Positions 54,394-63,512 of a DNA stretch of 64,000 nt are shown here, in pieces (position 1 is the stretch's first letter; the number at the start of each line of letters is the position of its first letter). Below the pieces are notes generated by a model. It was not told the DNA's origin and did no database searches. It worked only from the letters and a program-made list of their open reading frames with translations. This stretch comes from Paracoccaceae bacterium (GTDB lineage: Bacteria > Pseudomonadota > Alphaproteobacteria > Rhodobacterales > Rhodobacteraceae): assembly GCA_037190175.1 (NCBI GenBank), contig JBBCJM010000004.1, positions 3,164 to 67,163 of the forward strand. The letters are read 5' to 3'. Position numbers and translations under genes: made by a program.

Positions 54394-55460
54394 CCCCGCG
54401 ACCACAGCGCCAGCAGCTCCTCCTGCGTCATCGCCTCGATCCCCAGCGCCTCGGCCATGGTGTTCTGGATGCGATAGTCCTTGCGGCGGGTGGCGTTGTA
54501 GACATCGACCAGCGAGGACAACAGCGGCGTGGCCAGCCCCGCCTTGCGCGCCATCTGCTCGATGGTGACGAGGTGATAGGGCACCTCCTCCTCGATATAG
54601 CGGGTCTTGATGTTCTTCGGCCCGTTGCGGAAGGTGCGCTCGTAGGTCAGCGGTTGCAGCGTGTCCTGCGCGGTCTTCTTGCGCGGGTCGCCCTTGCCGA
54701 ACATCTGCACCACGTCGGGCAGGTCCAGCCCATAGGCGCGGCAGACCGTCAGCCGGTCGGCGTCCAGCGCCTCGATCAGGTTCGAGACGCTTTCGGTCAC
54801 GGTGCCGTAGCCGCACCAGTCCTCGGCCAGCTCGATGCGGGTGATGTTGCAGATCGTCAGCGCCGGGTGGACGATCCCGCCCATCAGCCGCATTCCCACG
54901 CCCAAGAGGTTCTCGCCCTTGCGGAAGCGGGGGCCCCAGGCGGTTTCCCAGCGGGCGATCAGCGCCCCGGTGTCGTCGGGGTTCACGGCCGAGGTGAAGG
55001 CGGCGGTCTTGGCGGGCACCTGCACGCAGTCGTTCGGGCCCAGCTTGCGGCCCATGGTGATCGGGCCGTGGATGAGCCCGACCTGCGTCTTCAGCCCCTT
55101 CTCGGCCAGCAGGCGGTCGAGGTACAGCACGCCGTAGCCCAGCTGGCCGCCGGTCACCAGGATCGAATGGTCGTCGGTCAGGTGGGGCAGCAGCTGCTCG
55201 AACACCGACTTCTGCCCGAAGGCCGGGATGGCGACCATGATCAGGTCGGCGGCCTCGGCCAGGTCCCTGGGGCTTTTCACCGCCGCGGCGCGGAAGGTGC
55301 CGTTCAGCGTGCCCGAAGTGGTGATCCGCCCCGTGTCCTCGATCCCCAGCGTCCCGCGGCCCGAGGGGGACCACAGCACCGGCTCGTTGCCGAGGTGGTT
55401 CAGCAGGCAGGCGCCGGTGAAGGCGACGTTTCCGGCCCCGGCGATGGCGACTTTGGGCAT
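54366..55460 (-). CDS. NAD/NADP octopine/nopaline (opine) dehydrogenase family protein
   Basis: Internal ATG at 55460. MPKVAIAGAGNVAFTGACLL (Rossmann fold). About 364 aa with an ODH-like C-terminal helical domain (by recollection of the family). Confidence 0.7.
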   Translation of the reverse strand: MPKVAIAGAGNVAFTGACLLNHLGNEPVLWSPSGRGTLGIEDTGRITTSGTLNGTFRAAAVKSPRDLAEAADLIMVAIPAFGQKSVFEQLLPHLTDDHSILVTGGQLGYGVLYLDRLLAEKGLKTQVGLIHGPITMGRKLGPNDCVQVPAKTAAFTSAVNPDDTGALIARWETAWGPRFRKGENLLGVGMRLMGGIVHPALTICNITRIELAEDWCGYGTVTESVSNLIEALDADRLTVCRAYGLDLPDVVQMFGKGDPRKKTAQDTLQPLTYERTFRNGPKNIKTRYIEEEVPYHLVTIEQMARKAGLATPLLSSLVDVYNATRRKDYRIQNTMAEALGIEAMTQEELLALWSRGYRAPRSPA

Positions 55461-55471
55461 GGGTCTGGTCC

Positions 55472-56653
55472 TCAAGCGGTCTGGTGTTCGGTTGCGGCGA
55501 AGGTGGCCGTGATCTCGGTCACCAGCGGGCGCAGGCGGCGCGGCGCGTTGACGGCCATGGCGAAGACGGGCCGGCCCGCGGCATTCCGGCCGGTCACGGC
55601 GAAACTGCCGCCGGCGCGGTCGCCCTCGGTCTCGAACCCCGCCGCCGCGCGCCAGTCGCCCGCCGCCTGGATGTTCAGGCCGAACTGCTCGGTCCACCAG
55701 CGCAGCACGCGGGGATAGGCGGTCGGCGTGCCGGCCAGCGTGCGGGCCAGCGCCTGCCCCTGGTCCAGCGCGGCGTGATAGCTTTCGGCGGGCAGCGGCT
55801 CGGCCATGCCGGGGAACGCCGGCTCGGCCACGTCGCCGGCGGCCCAGATCCCCGGGGCCGAGGTGCGGCCGAAGGCGTCGGTCAGGATGCCGGTGCGCAG
55901 CGCGATCCCCGCCTGCGCCGCCAGCGCGGTGTTGCGGGCAAGCCCCACGCCGGCCACCGCCACGTCCGCCGGCAGCCGGCGGCCGTCCGCCAGCACCAGC
56001 GCCACCCCCTGCCCCGCGGGCTCGACCGCCGCCAGCGCCGCGCCCAGCACGAACCGCGTGCCCTGCGCGCGGTGCAGGCCTTCCAGCCAGTCGCGTTCCG
56101 CCGGCGGCAGCGCGCGGGCCATGATGCAGGGCGCCGCCTCGATCACCATGGCCTCGGCCCCCAGGGCGCGGGCGGTGGCGGCCAGTTCCAGCCCGATCAC
56201 CCCGCCGCCCACCAGCGCCAGCCGCCGTCCCGGGGCCATGGCCGCGCGGATCGGCGCCACGTCGCCCAGCCGCCGCAGCGGCAGCAGCAGCTCCGCCCCC
56301 GGCACCGCCAGCCGCCGCGCCTCGCCCCCCGTGGCCAGCACCAGATCCTGCCAGGGCAGCGCGCTGCCATCGTCGAGGTGCAGCAGCCGCGCCGCGGGGT
56401 CGATGCGCAGCGCGCGGCGGCCCATCAGCAGCGCCACCCCCCGCTCGGCCCAGGCGGCGGGCGGCAGGAAATACGGCGGTTCCAGCGGGGCCTCGGGCTG
56501 CATCAGCGCCTTGGACAGCGGCGGGCGTTCGTAGGGGGCATGGGGCTCGTCGCCCACCAGCGTCACCGGCCGCTCCGGCGCCGCCTTGCGCAGCGTCGCT
56601 GCCAGCGCATAGCCGGCCTGCCCGGCGCCGACGATGACGACCGGCCCGCTCAT
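55472..56653 (-). CDS. NAD(P)/FAD-dependent ferredoxin reductase (putidaredoxin-reductase-like)
   Basis: Internal ATG at 56653 (ATGA overlap). VVIVGAGQAGYA, YERPPLSK, LVGGGVIGLELA, AAGDVA. Confidence 0.85.
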   Translation of the reverse strand: MSGPVVIVGAGQAGYALAATLRKAAPERPVTLVGDEPHAPYERPPLSKALMQPEAPLEPPYFLPPAAWAERGVALLMGRRALRIDPAARLLHLDDGSALPWQDLVLATGGEARRLAVPGAELLLPLRRLGDVAPIRAAMAPGRRLALVGGGVIGLELAATARALGAEAMVIEAAPCIMARALPPAERDWLEGLHRAQGTRFVLGAALAAVEPAGQGVALVLADGRRLPADVAVAGVGLARNTALAAQAGIALRTGILTDAFGRTSAPGIWAAGDVAEPAFPGMAEPLPAESYHAALDQGQALARTLAGTPTAYPRVLRWWTEQFGLNIQAAGDWRAAAGFETEGDRAGGSFAVTGRNAAGRPVFAMAVNAPRRLRPLVTEITATFAATEHQTA

Positions 56654-57564
56654 CCGCCCAGATGCTCCCTCAGCGTGGCCAGCAGGTGGCGGGTGCGCAC
56701 CTCCAGCGCCTCGTCGGTGCTGGACCCCTGGTGCGGCGACAGCACGAGGTTCGGCAGGGCGATCAGTTCGGGCGGCACATGCGGCTCGTTCTCGAAGACG
56801 TCCAGCGCCGCCCGCTCCAGCCGCCCCTCCGCCAGCGCCGAGACCAGCGCGGCCTGATCCACCACCGAGGCGCGCGCGACGTTGACCAGCCAGCCCTTCG
56901 GCCCCAGCGCCTCGATCACCCGGGCCGAGACCAGGTTGTCGGTGCCGGGCCCGCCGGCGATCGCCACCATCAGCACGTCCGCCCAGGTCGCCATCCGGGT
57001 GATGTCGCCGAAGAAGCGCCAGGGCGCGTCGGGCTTCTCGGCGCGGCCGAAATAGCCGATCTCCGCGCCGAACCCCTGCAGGCGCAGGGCGATGCCGCGC
57101 CCGATGTTGCCCAGCCCCACGATGCCGAAGCGCCGCGCCCCGATCAGCGCCCCGGGGCGATAGCGGCCCTGGGGCCATCTGCCGGCCCTGACATGGGCAT
57201 CCGCCCCGGGAATGTCGCGCGCGATGGCCAGGAGCAGCCCCATGGCCAGGTCGGCCACCGAATCCGCCAGCGCCGCCGAGTTGTTGGTCAGCGCGATGCC
57301 GCGCGACAGCACGGCCGGAATGTCCACCATGTCCTGCCCGGCGGTGAAGCAGGCGACGAGCCGCAGCGCCGGCAGGCGGTCCAGCAGCGCCGCGTCCACC
57401 GTGCCGCGGGTGCCGGTGACGATGCCCCGCACCCGCGGCCCGATGTCGGCGAGCATCCGGTCGCGCCCCTCGCCGGGGGCGGGCAGGGCGTGCAGGGTGA
57501 AGGGCCCGTCCAGCGTGGCGCGGGTCAGTTCGGGCAGCGGGATCAGGGTCAGGATGTCGGTCAT
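56650..57564 (-). CDS. D-isomer-specific 2-hydroxyacid dehydrogenase (glyoxylate/hydroxypyruvate reductase-like)
   Basis: 304 aa. GIVGLGNIGRGIA, NVARASVVD, DVFENEP, SPHQGS. Confidence 0.9.
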   Translation of the reverse strand: MTDILTLIPLPELTRATLDGPFTLHALPAPGEGRDRMLADIGPRVRGIVTGTRGTVDAALLDRLPALRLVACFTAGQDMVDIPAVLSRGIALTNNSAALADSVADLAMGLLLAIARDIPGADAHVRAGRWPQGRYRPGALIGARRFGIVGLGNIGRGIALRLQGFGAEIGYFGRAEKPDAPWRFFGDITRMATWADVLMVAIAGGPGTDNLVSARVIEALGPKGWLVNVARASVVDQAALVSALAEGRLERAALDVFENEPHVPPELIALPNLVLSPHQGSSTDEALEVRTRHLLATLREHLGG

Positions 57565-57569
57565 GGCCT

Positions 57570-58637
57570 TCAGTGCAGGATCAGCGCGTTCTCGGGGGCC
57601 CAGGTCAGCCAGACGTCGCTTACCCCGTCCGGCACCGTGCGCTGCGGCGCCGCGACCGAGAAGGCACGGCCGTTCGCCTCGACCAGATAGTTCACGTCCG
57701 CGCCGCGGAAGATGCGCTCGGTCACCCGTCCGGCGACGGCGTTCGGGAGGCCGGCCGCGGGCGGGTCCAGGCCCAGCGCGATGTGCTCGGGCCGCACGCC
57801 CAGCAGCACCTCCTGCCCGGGCGGGGGCAGCCGCGCCGGCAGGCGGGCGGCCAGCGGCGTGCCGAACCAGTCGAGTTCGATGGCCTCGGCCGTCGCCGCG
57901 CCCGCCCGCACGGGGAAGAAGTTCATCTCGCCCACGAAGCGGGCCACGAATTCGCTGCCGGGGCGGTTGTAGAGATCCCAGGGCTTGCCGATCTGCTCGA
58001 TCCGCCCGTCGTTCATCACCACCACGGTGTCCGACATGGTCAGCGCCTCTTCCTGGTCGTGGGTGACGAGGATGAAGGTCTTGCCGGTCTCGCGCTGCAA
58101 CCGGCGCAGTTCGATCTGCATCTCCTTGCGCAGCTTGGCGTCCAGCGCCGACAGCGGTTCGTCCAGCAGCAGGATCGGCGGGTTCGGCGCCAGCGCGCGG
58201 GCCAGCGCCACGCGCTGCTTCTGCCCGCCCGAGAGCGCCGCCGGCATCCGTTCGGCCAGCGCCTCGAGCTTGACCAGCGCCAGCATCTCGTCCACGCGGG
58301 CGGCGATGGCGGCGCGGCCCAGCCCCTTCAGCTCCAGCCCGAAGGAGATGTTGCGGCGCACGGTCAGGTGCGGGAACAGGGCATAGTCCTGGAACACCAC
58401 GTTCACGTCGCGCTTGTGCGGCGGCAGGTCGGTCACGTCGCGGCCCTGGATCAGCACCCGGCCGCTGTCGGGATCCTCGAAGCCGCCGATCATCCGCAGC
58501 GTGGTGGACTTGCCGCAGCCCGAGGGGCCGAGCAGGGTGACGAACTCGCCCGAGGCGAGGGTCAGCGACAGATCCTCGACCGCGGTCACCGACTGATAGG
58601 TCTTGCGGATGCGGTCGAGCACGAGAACGCCGGACAT
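57570..58637 (-). CDS. ABC transporter ATP-binding protein (PotA/spermidine-putrescine type)
   Basis: GPSGCGKST, LSGGQKQRVALARAL, LLLDEP, plus a C-terminal TOBE-like domain. Confidence 0.95.
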   Translation of the reverse strand: MSGVLVLDRIRKTYQSVTAVEDLSLTLASGEFVTLLGPSGCGKSTTLRMIGGFEDPDSGRVLIQGRDVTDLPPHKRDVNVVFQDYALFPHLTVRRNISFGLELKGLGRAAIAARVDEMLALVKLEALAERMPAALSGGQKQRVALARALAPNPPILLLDEPLSALDAKLRKEMQIELRRLQRETGKTFILVTHDQEEALTMSDTVVVMNDGRIEQIGKPWDLYNRPGSEFVARFVGEMNFFPVRAGAATAEAIELDWFGTPLAARLPARLPPPGQEVLLGVRPEHIALGLDPPAAGLPNAVAGRVTERIFRGADVNYLVEANGRAFSVAAPQRTVPDGVSDVWLTWAPENALILH

Positions 58638-58641
58638 CTTT

Positions 58642-59439
58642 TCACCTCATCCTGCGGGTGGTGCGTTCGGCGTAAAGGCCGAGCGCGACGGTGATGACCA
58701 GGACCATGGCCGAGATCGCGGCGATCTCGGGCGACAGGCCGCGGTGGATGCGCTGGTAGATCAGCACGGGCAGCGTGGGCGAATAGCCGCCCAGGAAGGT
58801 CGAGCGCACGAAGTCGTCGAAACTGGTCAGCATCGCGAAGATGGTGCCGCCGACCAGCGCGGGGCGCAGGAACGGCAGGGTGACGCGCACGAAGGCCACG
58901 AAACCGTCGGCGCCCAGGTCGCGCGCGGCGTCGGTCAGGTTGCGGGGCATGGCCTGCAACCGGGTCAGCACCATCAGCGCCACGAAGGGCACGGCGTGGA
59001 TGGTATGGGCCAGCACGATGGCCAGCGCGCCCTGCTCGATCCCCAGCGTGCGGGTGAAGATGCGCAGGCTGATGGCCTGCACCACGCCGGGCACCACGAT
59101 GGGCAGGCAGACCAGCGCGAAGAAGGTGGAGACGGCGATCATCCGCCGGTCGGCCAGCGCCACCGCGGCCCAGATGCCGATGATCGTCGCCGCCACCGTC
59201 GAGACCGCCGCGATCCAGATCGACAGGAACAGCGCCTCCAGGAACTCGCGGTCGGCCATGGCCGAGGCGTACCACTTGGTCGTCCAGGCATTGATCGGAA
59301 AGCCCATGAAGGGGCCGTCCTTCAGGCTCATCACCACCACGATGGCCAGCGGCGACAGAAGGTAGAAGGCGAAGGCGGCATAGGCGAAGCCCAGCCAGCT
59401 CCAGCTGCCCGGCGAGGCGAGGCGTTGCCAGCGGGTCAT
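58642..59439 (-). CDS. ABC transporter permease (PotC-like)
   Basis: Internal ATG at 59439 (ATGA overlap). 265 aa, 6 TM segments. EAA-loop region DAARDLGADGFVAFVRVTLP. Confidence 0.9.
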   Translation of the reverse strand: MTRWQRLASPGSWSWLGFAYAAFAFYLLSPLAIVVVMSLKDGPFMGFPINAWTTKWYASAMADREFLEALFLSIWIAAVSTVAATIIGIWAAVALADRRMIAVSTFFALVCLPIVVPGVVQAISLRIFTRTLGIEQGALAIVLAHTIHAVPFVALMVLTRLQAMPRNLTDAARDLGADGFVAFVRVTLPFLRPALVGGTIFAMLTSFDDFVRSTFLGGYSPTLPVLIYQRIHRGLSPEIAAISAMVLVITVALGLYAERTTRRMR

Positions 59440-60401
59440 TTCGGCCTCCGCGCGCGGATCGCGACGTTCAGCGCCGCGGCGATGGCCAGCGCCAGCACGA
59501 AGAGCGTGATCGAACCCGCCGCCCCCATCGGCCAGGTCAGGTTGGCGTCGTAGAAATAGCTGGCGATCACCTGCGAGAAGAGGTTGGTGCCGGGCCCGGC
59601 CAGGATCAGCGGCACGGTGTAGATGCCGGTCGAGATCAGGAAGACCAGCGTGACCCCGGTGGCGATGCCGTCGCGGATCAGCGGCAGGGTGACGCGGAAG
59701 AACCGGCGCATCGGGCTGGCCCCCAGGTCGGCCGCGGCCTCGAGCACGTGGTTCGGCACCTTCTCGATCGCCGCATAGAGCGGCAGCAGCATGAAGAGCG
59801 CGGTGACGTAGAGCAGCCCCAGCGACAGCGAGAACCAGGTGTAGAGGAAGGGGATGGGCCGCTCGGTCAGCCCCAGGGTCTGCAGCACGATGTTCACCGC
59901 GCCGTTGGCGGCGAAGATCAGCACGTAGGAGAAGACGCGGATGATCTCGCCCGCCCAGGCGGGGATCATCACCAGCAGAAGCAGGCGCACCTGCCAGCCG
60001 GGCGGCACCTTCTTGGCGATGAAATAGGCCAGCGGCAGCATCACGACAAAGGTCGCGGCGACGATCAGCATCGACAGCACCAGCGTGCGGATCAGCGGCC
60101 GGTAGATGGTATAGTCGGTGGCGATCTGGCGGTAGTTGTCCAGCGTGTAGACCGGCCCTTGCCCCGCCGGCAGCGGATAGAGCCGCATGAAGGAGATATT
60201 GGCCATCTGGATCAGCGGCAGCACGTTCCACACCACCACCCACAGCACCGGCACCCCCAAGAGCAGCCCGACCGACAGCCAGCCGCGGCGGCGCAGAAAG
60301 GCCGACAGCCGCGAATAGGCGCGGCTCTGCATCAGCAGATAGGACCAGTGGGGGCGCCCCGGCGGCGCGGTCAGCTTGGCGGAATGGCTCGTCACGGTCA
60401 T
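59436..60401 (-). CDS. ABC transporter permease (PotB-like)
   Basis: Internal ATG at 60401. 321 aa. EAAADLGASPMRRFFRVTLP. The 780-aa track ORF is a junk extension. Confidence 0.85.
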   Translation of the reverse strand: MTVTSHSAKLTAPPGRPHWSYLLMQSRAYSRLSAFLRRRGWLSVGLLLGVPVLWVVVWNVLPLIQMANISFMRLYPLPAGQGPVYTLDNYRQIATDYTIYRPLIRTLVLSMLIVAATFVVMLPLAYFIAKKVPPGWQVRLLLLVMIPAWAGEIIRVFSYVLIFAANGAVNIVLQTLGLTERPIPFLYTWFSLSLGLLYVTALFMLLPLYAAIEKVPNHVLEAAADLGASPMRRFFRVTLPLIRDGIATGVTLVFLISTGIYTVPLILAGPGTNLFSQVIASYFYDANLTWPMGAAGSITLFVLALAIAAALNVAIRARRPK

Positions 60402-60478
60402 GGGCGATCCTGGCGATGGGGGGCGGCGGCTCCGGCAGGACCGGCGCGCGGGTGGGCGCGCCGGTCCGCCAAGGTCGG

Positions 60479-61579
60479 TCAGGCCTCCATCAGCCCGGCG
60501 GAGTACTTGTCCAGCAGCATGTAGCGGGTGTCGTCGGCCCCCTTCACGTCCAGCCAGGTGATCCGCTTCAGCTGTTCCTCGCCGAAGGAATAGGCGCGGA
60601 TCTCGTCTTCGGTCAGCCCGGTTGTGGTGTCCTGGAAGGTGGAGATGTTGCCCGAGGACCGCACCATCGAGGCCGCGGCTTCCGTCTGCGACAGCAGGAA
60701 GTCGATGAACCGATAGGCGTTGTCCTGGTTGGCGCCGCCCTTGATCAGCGAATAGTTCATGGTCCAGCCCATCGCGCCTTCCTTCGGCACGCCCTGGGCC
60801 AGGCTGGGATCGGCCAGCACCAGCGGCACGATGCCCTCGTTCAGGCCCTGCGCCACGTCGACCTCGTTGCCCAGCATCAGCTGCTGCACCTCGGTCGTGG
60901 TCGAGTACCACTTCCGCAGCACGCCCTTGCGCGACACGACGTATTCCCGCAGCTCGGCGAAGGCCTTCTCGACCGGCTCGGGATCGCCGTCGTAGTTCAG
61001 CCAGGCGTCCTGCATCCCGCGGTAGAACAGCGCGGCATAGAGCGCGCTGCCCGGGCGCATGGTGACGCGGCCGGCATAGGTGTCCTCGAAGACCGAGGAC
61101 CAGCTGTCGGCATCGGCATCCGAGACCACGCCCTTGCGGGTGGCGATCAGGTTGAAGCCGATGGCGATCGGCACCCCGTACCGCTGGCCATTGATGAACT
61201 GGGCCGGGTTGTCGCTGTAAAGCGGGTTCAGCACGCTCATCGCCGGCAGCCGCGCCGCGTCGATGGGGTCGATCACGTCCACCGCGATATAGCTGTAGAG
61301 CCGGTGGCCGGCGATCACCGCCATGTCGGTCGACTTCTTCTCGCCCTCCGAGGAGAGCAGGTTGAAGGTCTGCGAGGCGTCGGTGTTCTGCTTGAGGTTG
61401 ATGCGCACCCCGGTCTCGGCCGTGAACCTGTCGCGGATGTCCTTCGGCAGGAAGGGATCCGTGCCCATGATGTTCAGTTCGGTGCTCTGGGCGTGCACGA
61501 TGGCGGGCGCCGCCAAGGCGCCGGCGGCCAGTGCCGACGAACCGATGAGGAACCTGCGTCTTCCGAGTGTTGTCAGCAT
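60479..61579 (-). CDS. ABC transporter substrate-binding protein (PotD/PotF-like) with twin-arginine signal
   Basis: MLTTLGRRRFLIGSSALAAGALAAPAIVHA. 366 aa, type II PBP layout. Confidence 0.85.
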   Translation of the reverse strand: MLTTLGRRRFLIGSSALAAGALAAPAIVHAQSTELNIMGTDPFLPKDIRDRFTAETGVRINLKQNTDASQTFNLLSSEGEKKSTDMAVIAGHRLYSYIAVDVIDPIDAARLPAMSVLNPLYSDNPAQFINGQRYGVPIAIGFNLIATRKGVVSDADADSWSSVFEDTYAGRVTMRPGSALYAALFYRGMQDAWLNYDGDPEPVEKAFAELREYVVSRKGVLRKWYSTTTEVQQLMLGNEVDVAQGLNEGIVPLVLADPSLAQGVPKEGAMGWTMNYSLIKGGANQDNAYRFIDFLLSQTEAAASMVRSSGNISTFQDTTTGLTEDEIRAYSFGEEQLKRITWLDVKGADDTRYMLLDKYSAGLMEA

Positions 61580-61651
61580 TTCCGTCTCCCTGTGCTGGAT
61601 GGCCCTGTGTTGTCGGTGTCTCGCGGGCCGGCCTTCGGTGGATGGTCGTGG

Positions 61652-61966
61652 TCAGGCGGTGCTGAGGATGATCTCCTCGCCCTCGATCCGCAGGGGATAG
61701 GTGCGGATCGGCACCTCGCAGGGCAGTTCGGTGGGCTCGCCGGTGCGCACGTCGAAACAGCCATTGTGCAGCGGGCATTCGACCTGCCCGTCCTCGGTCA
61801 GCCAGCCCTCGGACAGATAGGCGGCGCCGTGGGTGCAGGTGTCGGCGGTGGCGCAGAAGGTCCCGTCGTGCAGGTGGTAGAGGGCGACCGGCTCGCCCTC
61901 CACCTCCACCTGGATGATCTCGCCCTTGGGAATGTCGCCCGTTCTGGCGACGGCAATCTCGGTCAT
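61652..61966 (-). CDS. Rieske [2Fe-2S] ferredoxin (dioxygenase ferredoxin-component-like)
   Basis: 104 aa. C-T-H ...17 aa... C-P-L-H, canonical Rieske spacing. Confidence 0.85.
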   Translation of the reverse strand: MTEIAVARTGDIPKGEIIQVEVEGEPVALYHLHDGTFCATADTCTHGAAYLSEGWLTEDGQVECPLHNGCFDVRTGEPTELPCEVPIRTYPLRIEGEEIILSTA

Positions 61967-61982
61967 GGAACGGCTGCGTCCT

Positions 61983-62399
61983 TCATACGGTCAGAACCAG
62001 ATAGTCGGCGTCGACCTCGACCTCGAAGGTCTCGGCCTTGTAGGGGCCCTCGACCACCTGCCGGCCGCTGGTCACCTCGGAGAGGTAGGTCTTGACCTTG
62101 CAATGCGCCGGGTCGAACCAGGACTGGCCGGTGCGCAGGTCGAACTCCCAGCCGTGGTTGGGGCACATGACGATCTCGCCCTCGCGCTCGATCGACATCC
62201 GGCCGGGGCCGGACGAGGTGACCAGGCCGGTCAGATGCCCGGCGCAGAGCGGCGCGCCCTGGTGGGGACACTTGTTCAGGATGGCCAGGTAGTCGCCCTT
62301 CACGTTGAAGATGACGATGGGCCGGCCCCCGGCGGTGACGAGCTTGCGGCTGCCCGGCGGCACTTCGGAGGCCAGCGCGACGACGTATTTCGCAGGCAT
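61983..62399 (-). CDS. Rieske [2Fe-2S] domain protein (138 aa) with long inter-motif spacer
   Basis: C-P-H-Q-G ... 32 aa ... C-P-N-H-G-W-E-F. Confidence 0.8.
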   Translation of the reverse strand: MPAKYVVALASEVPPGSRKLVTAGGRPIVIFNVKGDYLAILNKCPHQGAPLCAGHLTGLVTSSGPGRMSIEREGEIVMCPNHGWEFDLRTGQSWFDPAHCKVKTYLSEVTSGRQVVEGPYKAETFEVEVDADYLVLTV

Positions 62400-62402
62400 C
62401 GG

Positions 62403-63512
62403 TCAGACCCTCAGCACGCGCTTGGCGTTGGAGTTGAAGATCGCCTCCTTCAGATCTGCGGCCAGCGGGAAGGGGAAGACGTAGTGCGGGTCGTCCGAAT
62501 CCCAGTGTGGATAGTCGGTGGCGAACAGCAGGCGGTCCCAGCCCACCCATTCCATCAGCGTCCTGAGGTCGGCCGGATTGTCGAAGACGTCCATCGGCTG
62601 GGTCGAGGCCCAGAAATGCCGGCGGAAGATCTCGGAGGGCGGCTCCTTCACCCGCGGCAGTTCCGAGCGCATCCGGGACCACAGCGCGTCCAGCCGGTAG
62701 AGCGCGGTCGGGATCCAGGTGAAGGCGCCCTCGACCAGGATGACCTTGAGCCGCGGGAATTCGTCGAACACGCCCTCCAGGATCAGGCTCGCCATCACGG
62801 CGGCCATGCCGGCATGGATGCTCTGGTGCTGCTGGATGTGATAGGAGGCCCAGCCCGCCCCGCCGAACACCGGCGCGCCGCCGTTGCCGCCGCCATGGAT
62901 GCCGATCGGCAGGTCGAACTCCTGCGCCGCGGCGAAGACCGGCCAGTACCGCTTGCGCCCCAGCGGCTCCACCAGCCGCTGGCCCAGCGAGACCTGCGCG
63001 AAGCGGGGGTTGTTGCCGTGGCGGCGGATCTCGGCCACCGAGCTCTCGGCATCCTCCTGCATCACGCAGATCGAGGCGCGCAGCCGCGGTTCGGGCTCGG
63101 CCCAGGCTTCCAGCTGCCAGCGGTTGACGCAGGCGGCCAGCGCGGTCCCGTATTCGACGTTGCGCTGCCAGCCGCCGTTGGGCGCCAGCGGCTGCAACAT
63201 GCCGATCTCGATGTTGTTGGGGTCGAGGTGCTGCTGGCGCATGAAGTCCAGATCCGACCCCGGCACCCGGCCGCTGGGCGGATAGCTGTCGCGCCGGGCG
63301 ATGTTCGGCTCGATCCCGGCATAGGCGTCCAGCGCCGCGAAGGGCAGCTTGGGAAAGCCGGAATAGGTCAGGTGGAACTCGTGCCATTCCTTGTCGAGGA
63401 AGGGCAGCGCCTCGGCGGCCGAGTTCATCGTCGGGTGGATGTCGGCATCCACCAGCGCGGGCTTCGCGGGAGCGGCGGCCCTTGCCCGGGCCTGGGGCGT
63501 TTCGACGGTCAT
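62403..63512 (-). CDS. Amidohydrolase-2 (ACMSD/LigW/LigI-type metal-dependent hydrolase or decarboxylase) family protein
   Basis: Internal ATG at 63512 (ATGA overlap). LVDADIHP..., GIHGG, LLFATDYPHWDSD. 369 aa. Confidence 0.8.
   Translation of the reverse strand: MTVETPQARARAAAPAKPALVDADIHPTMNSAAEALPFLDKEWHEFHLTYSGFPKLPFAALDAYAGIEPNIARRDSYPPSGRVPGSDLDFMRQQHLDPNNIEIGMLQPLAPNGGWQRNVEYGTALAACVNRWQLEAWAEPEPRLRASICVMQEDAESSVAEIRRHGNNPRFAQVSLGQRLVEPLGRKRYWPVFAAAQEFDLPIGIHGGGNGGAPVFGGAGWASYHIQQHQSIHAGMAAVMASLILEGVFDEFPRLKVILVEGAFTWIPTALYRLDALWSRMRSELPRVKEPPSEIFRRHFWASTQPMDVFDNPADLRTLMEWVGWDRLLFATDYPHWDSDDPHYVFPFPLAADLKEAIFNSNAKRVLRV

Noticed and set aside
52978-55374. 798-aa minus-strand ORF
   Set aside because: Antisense or out of frame to the MATE transporter and the ODH-like gene. 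No motifs.
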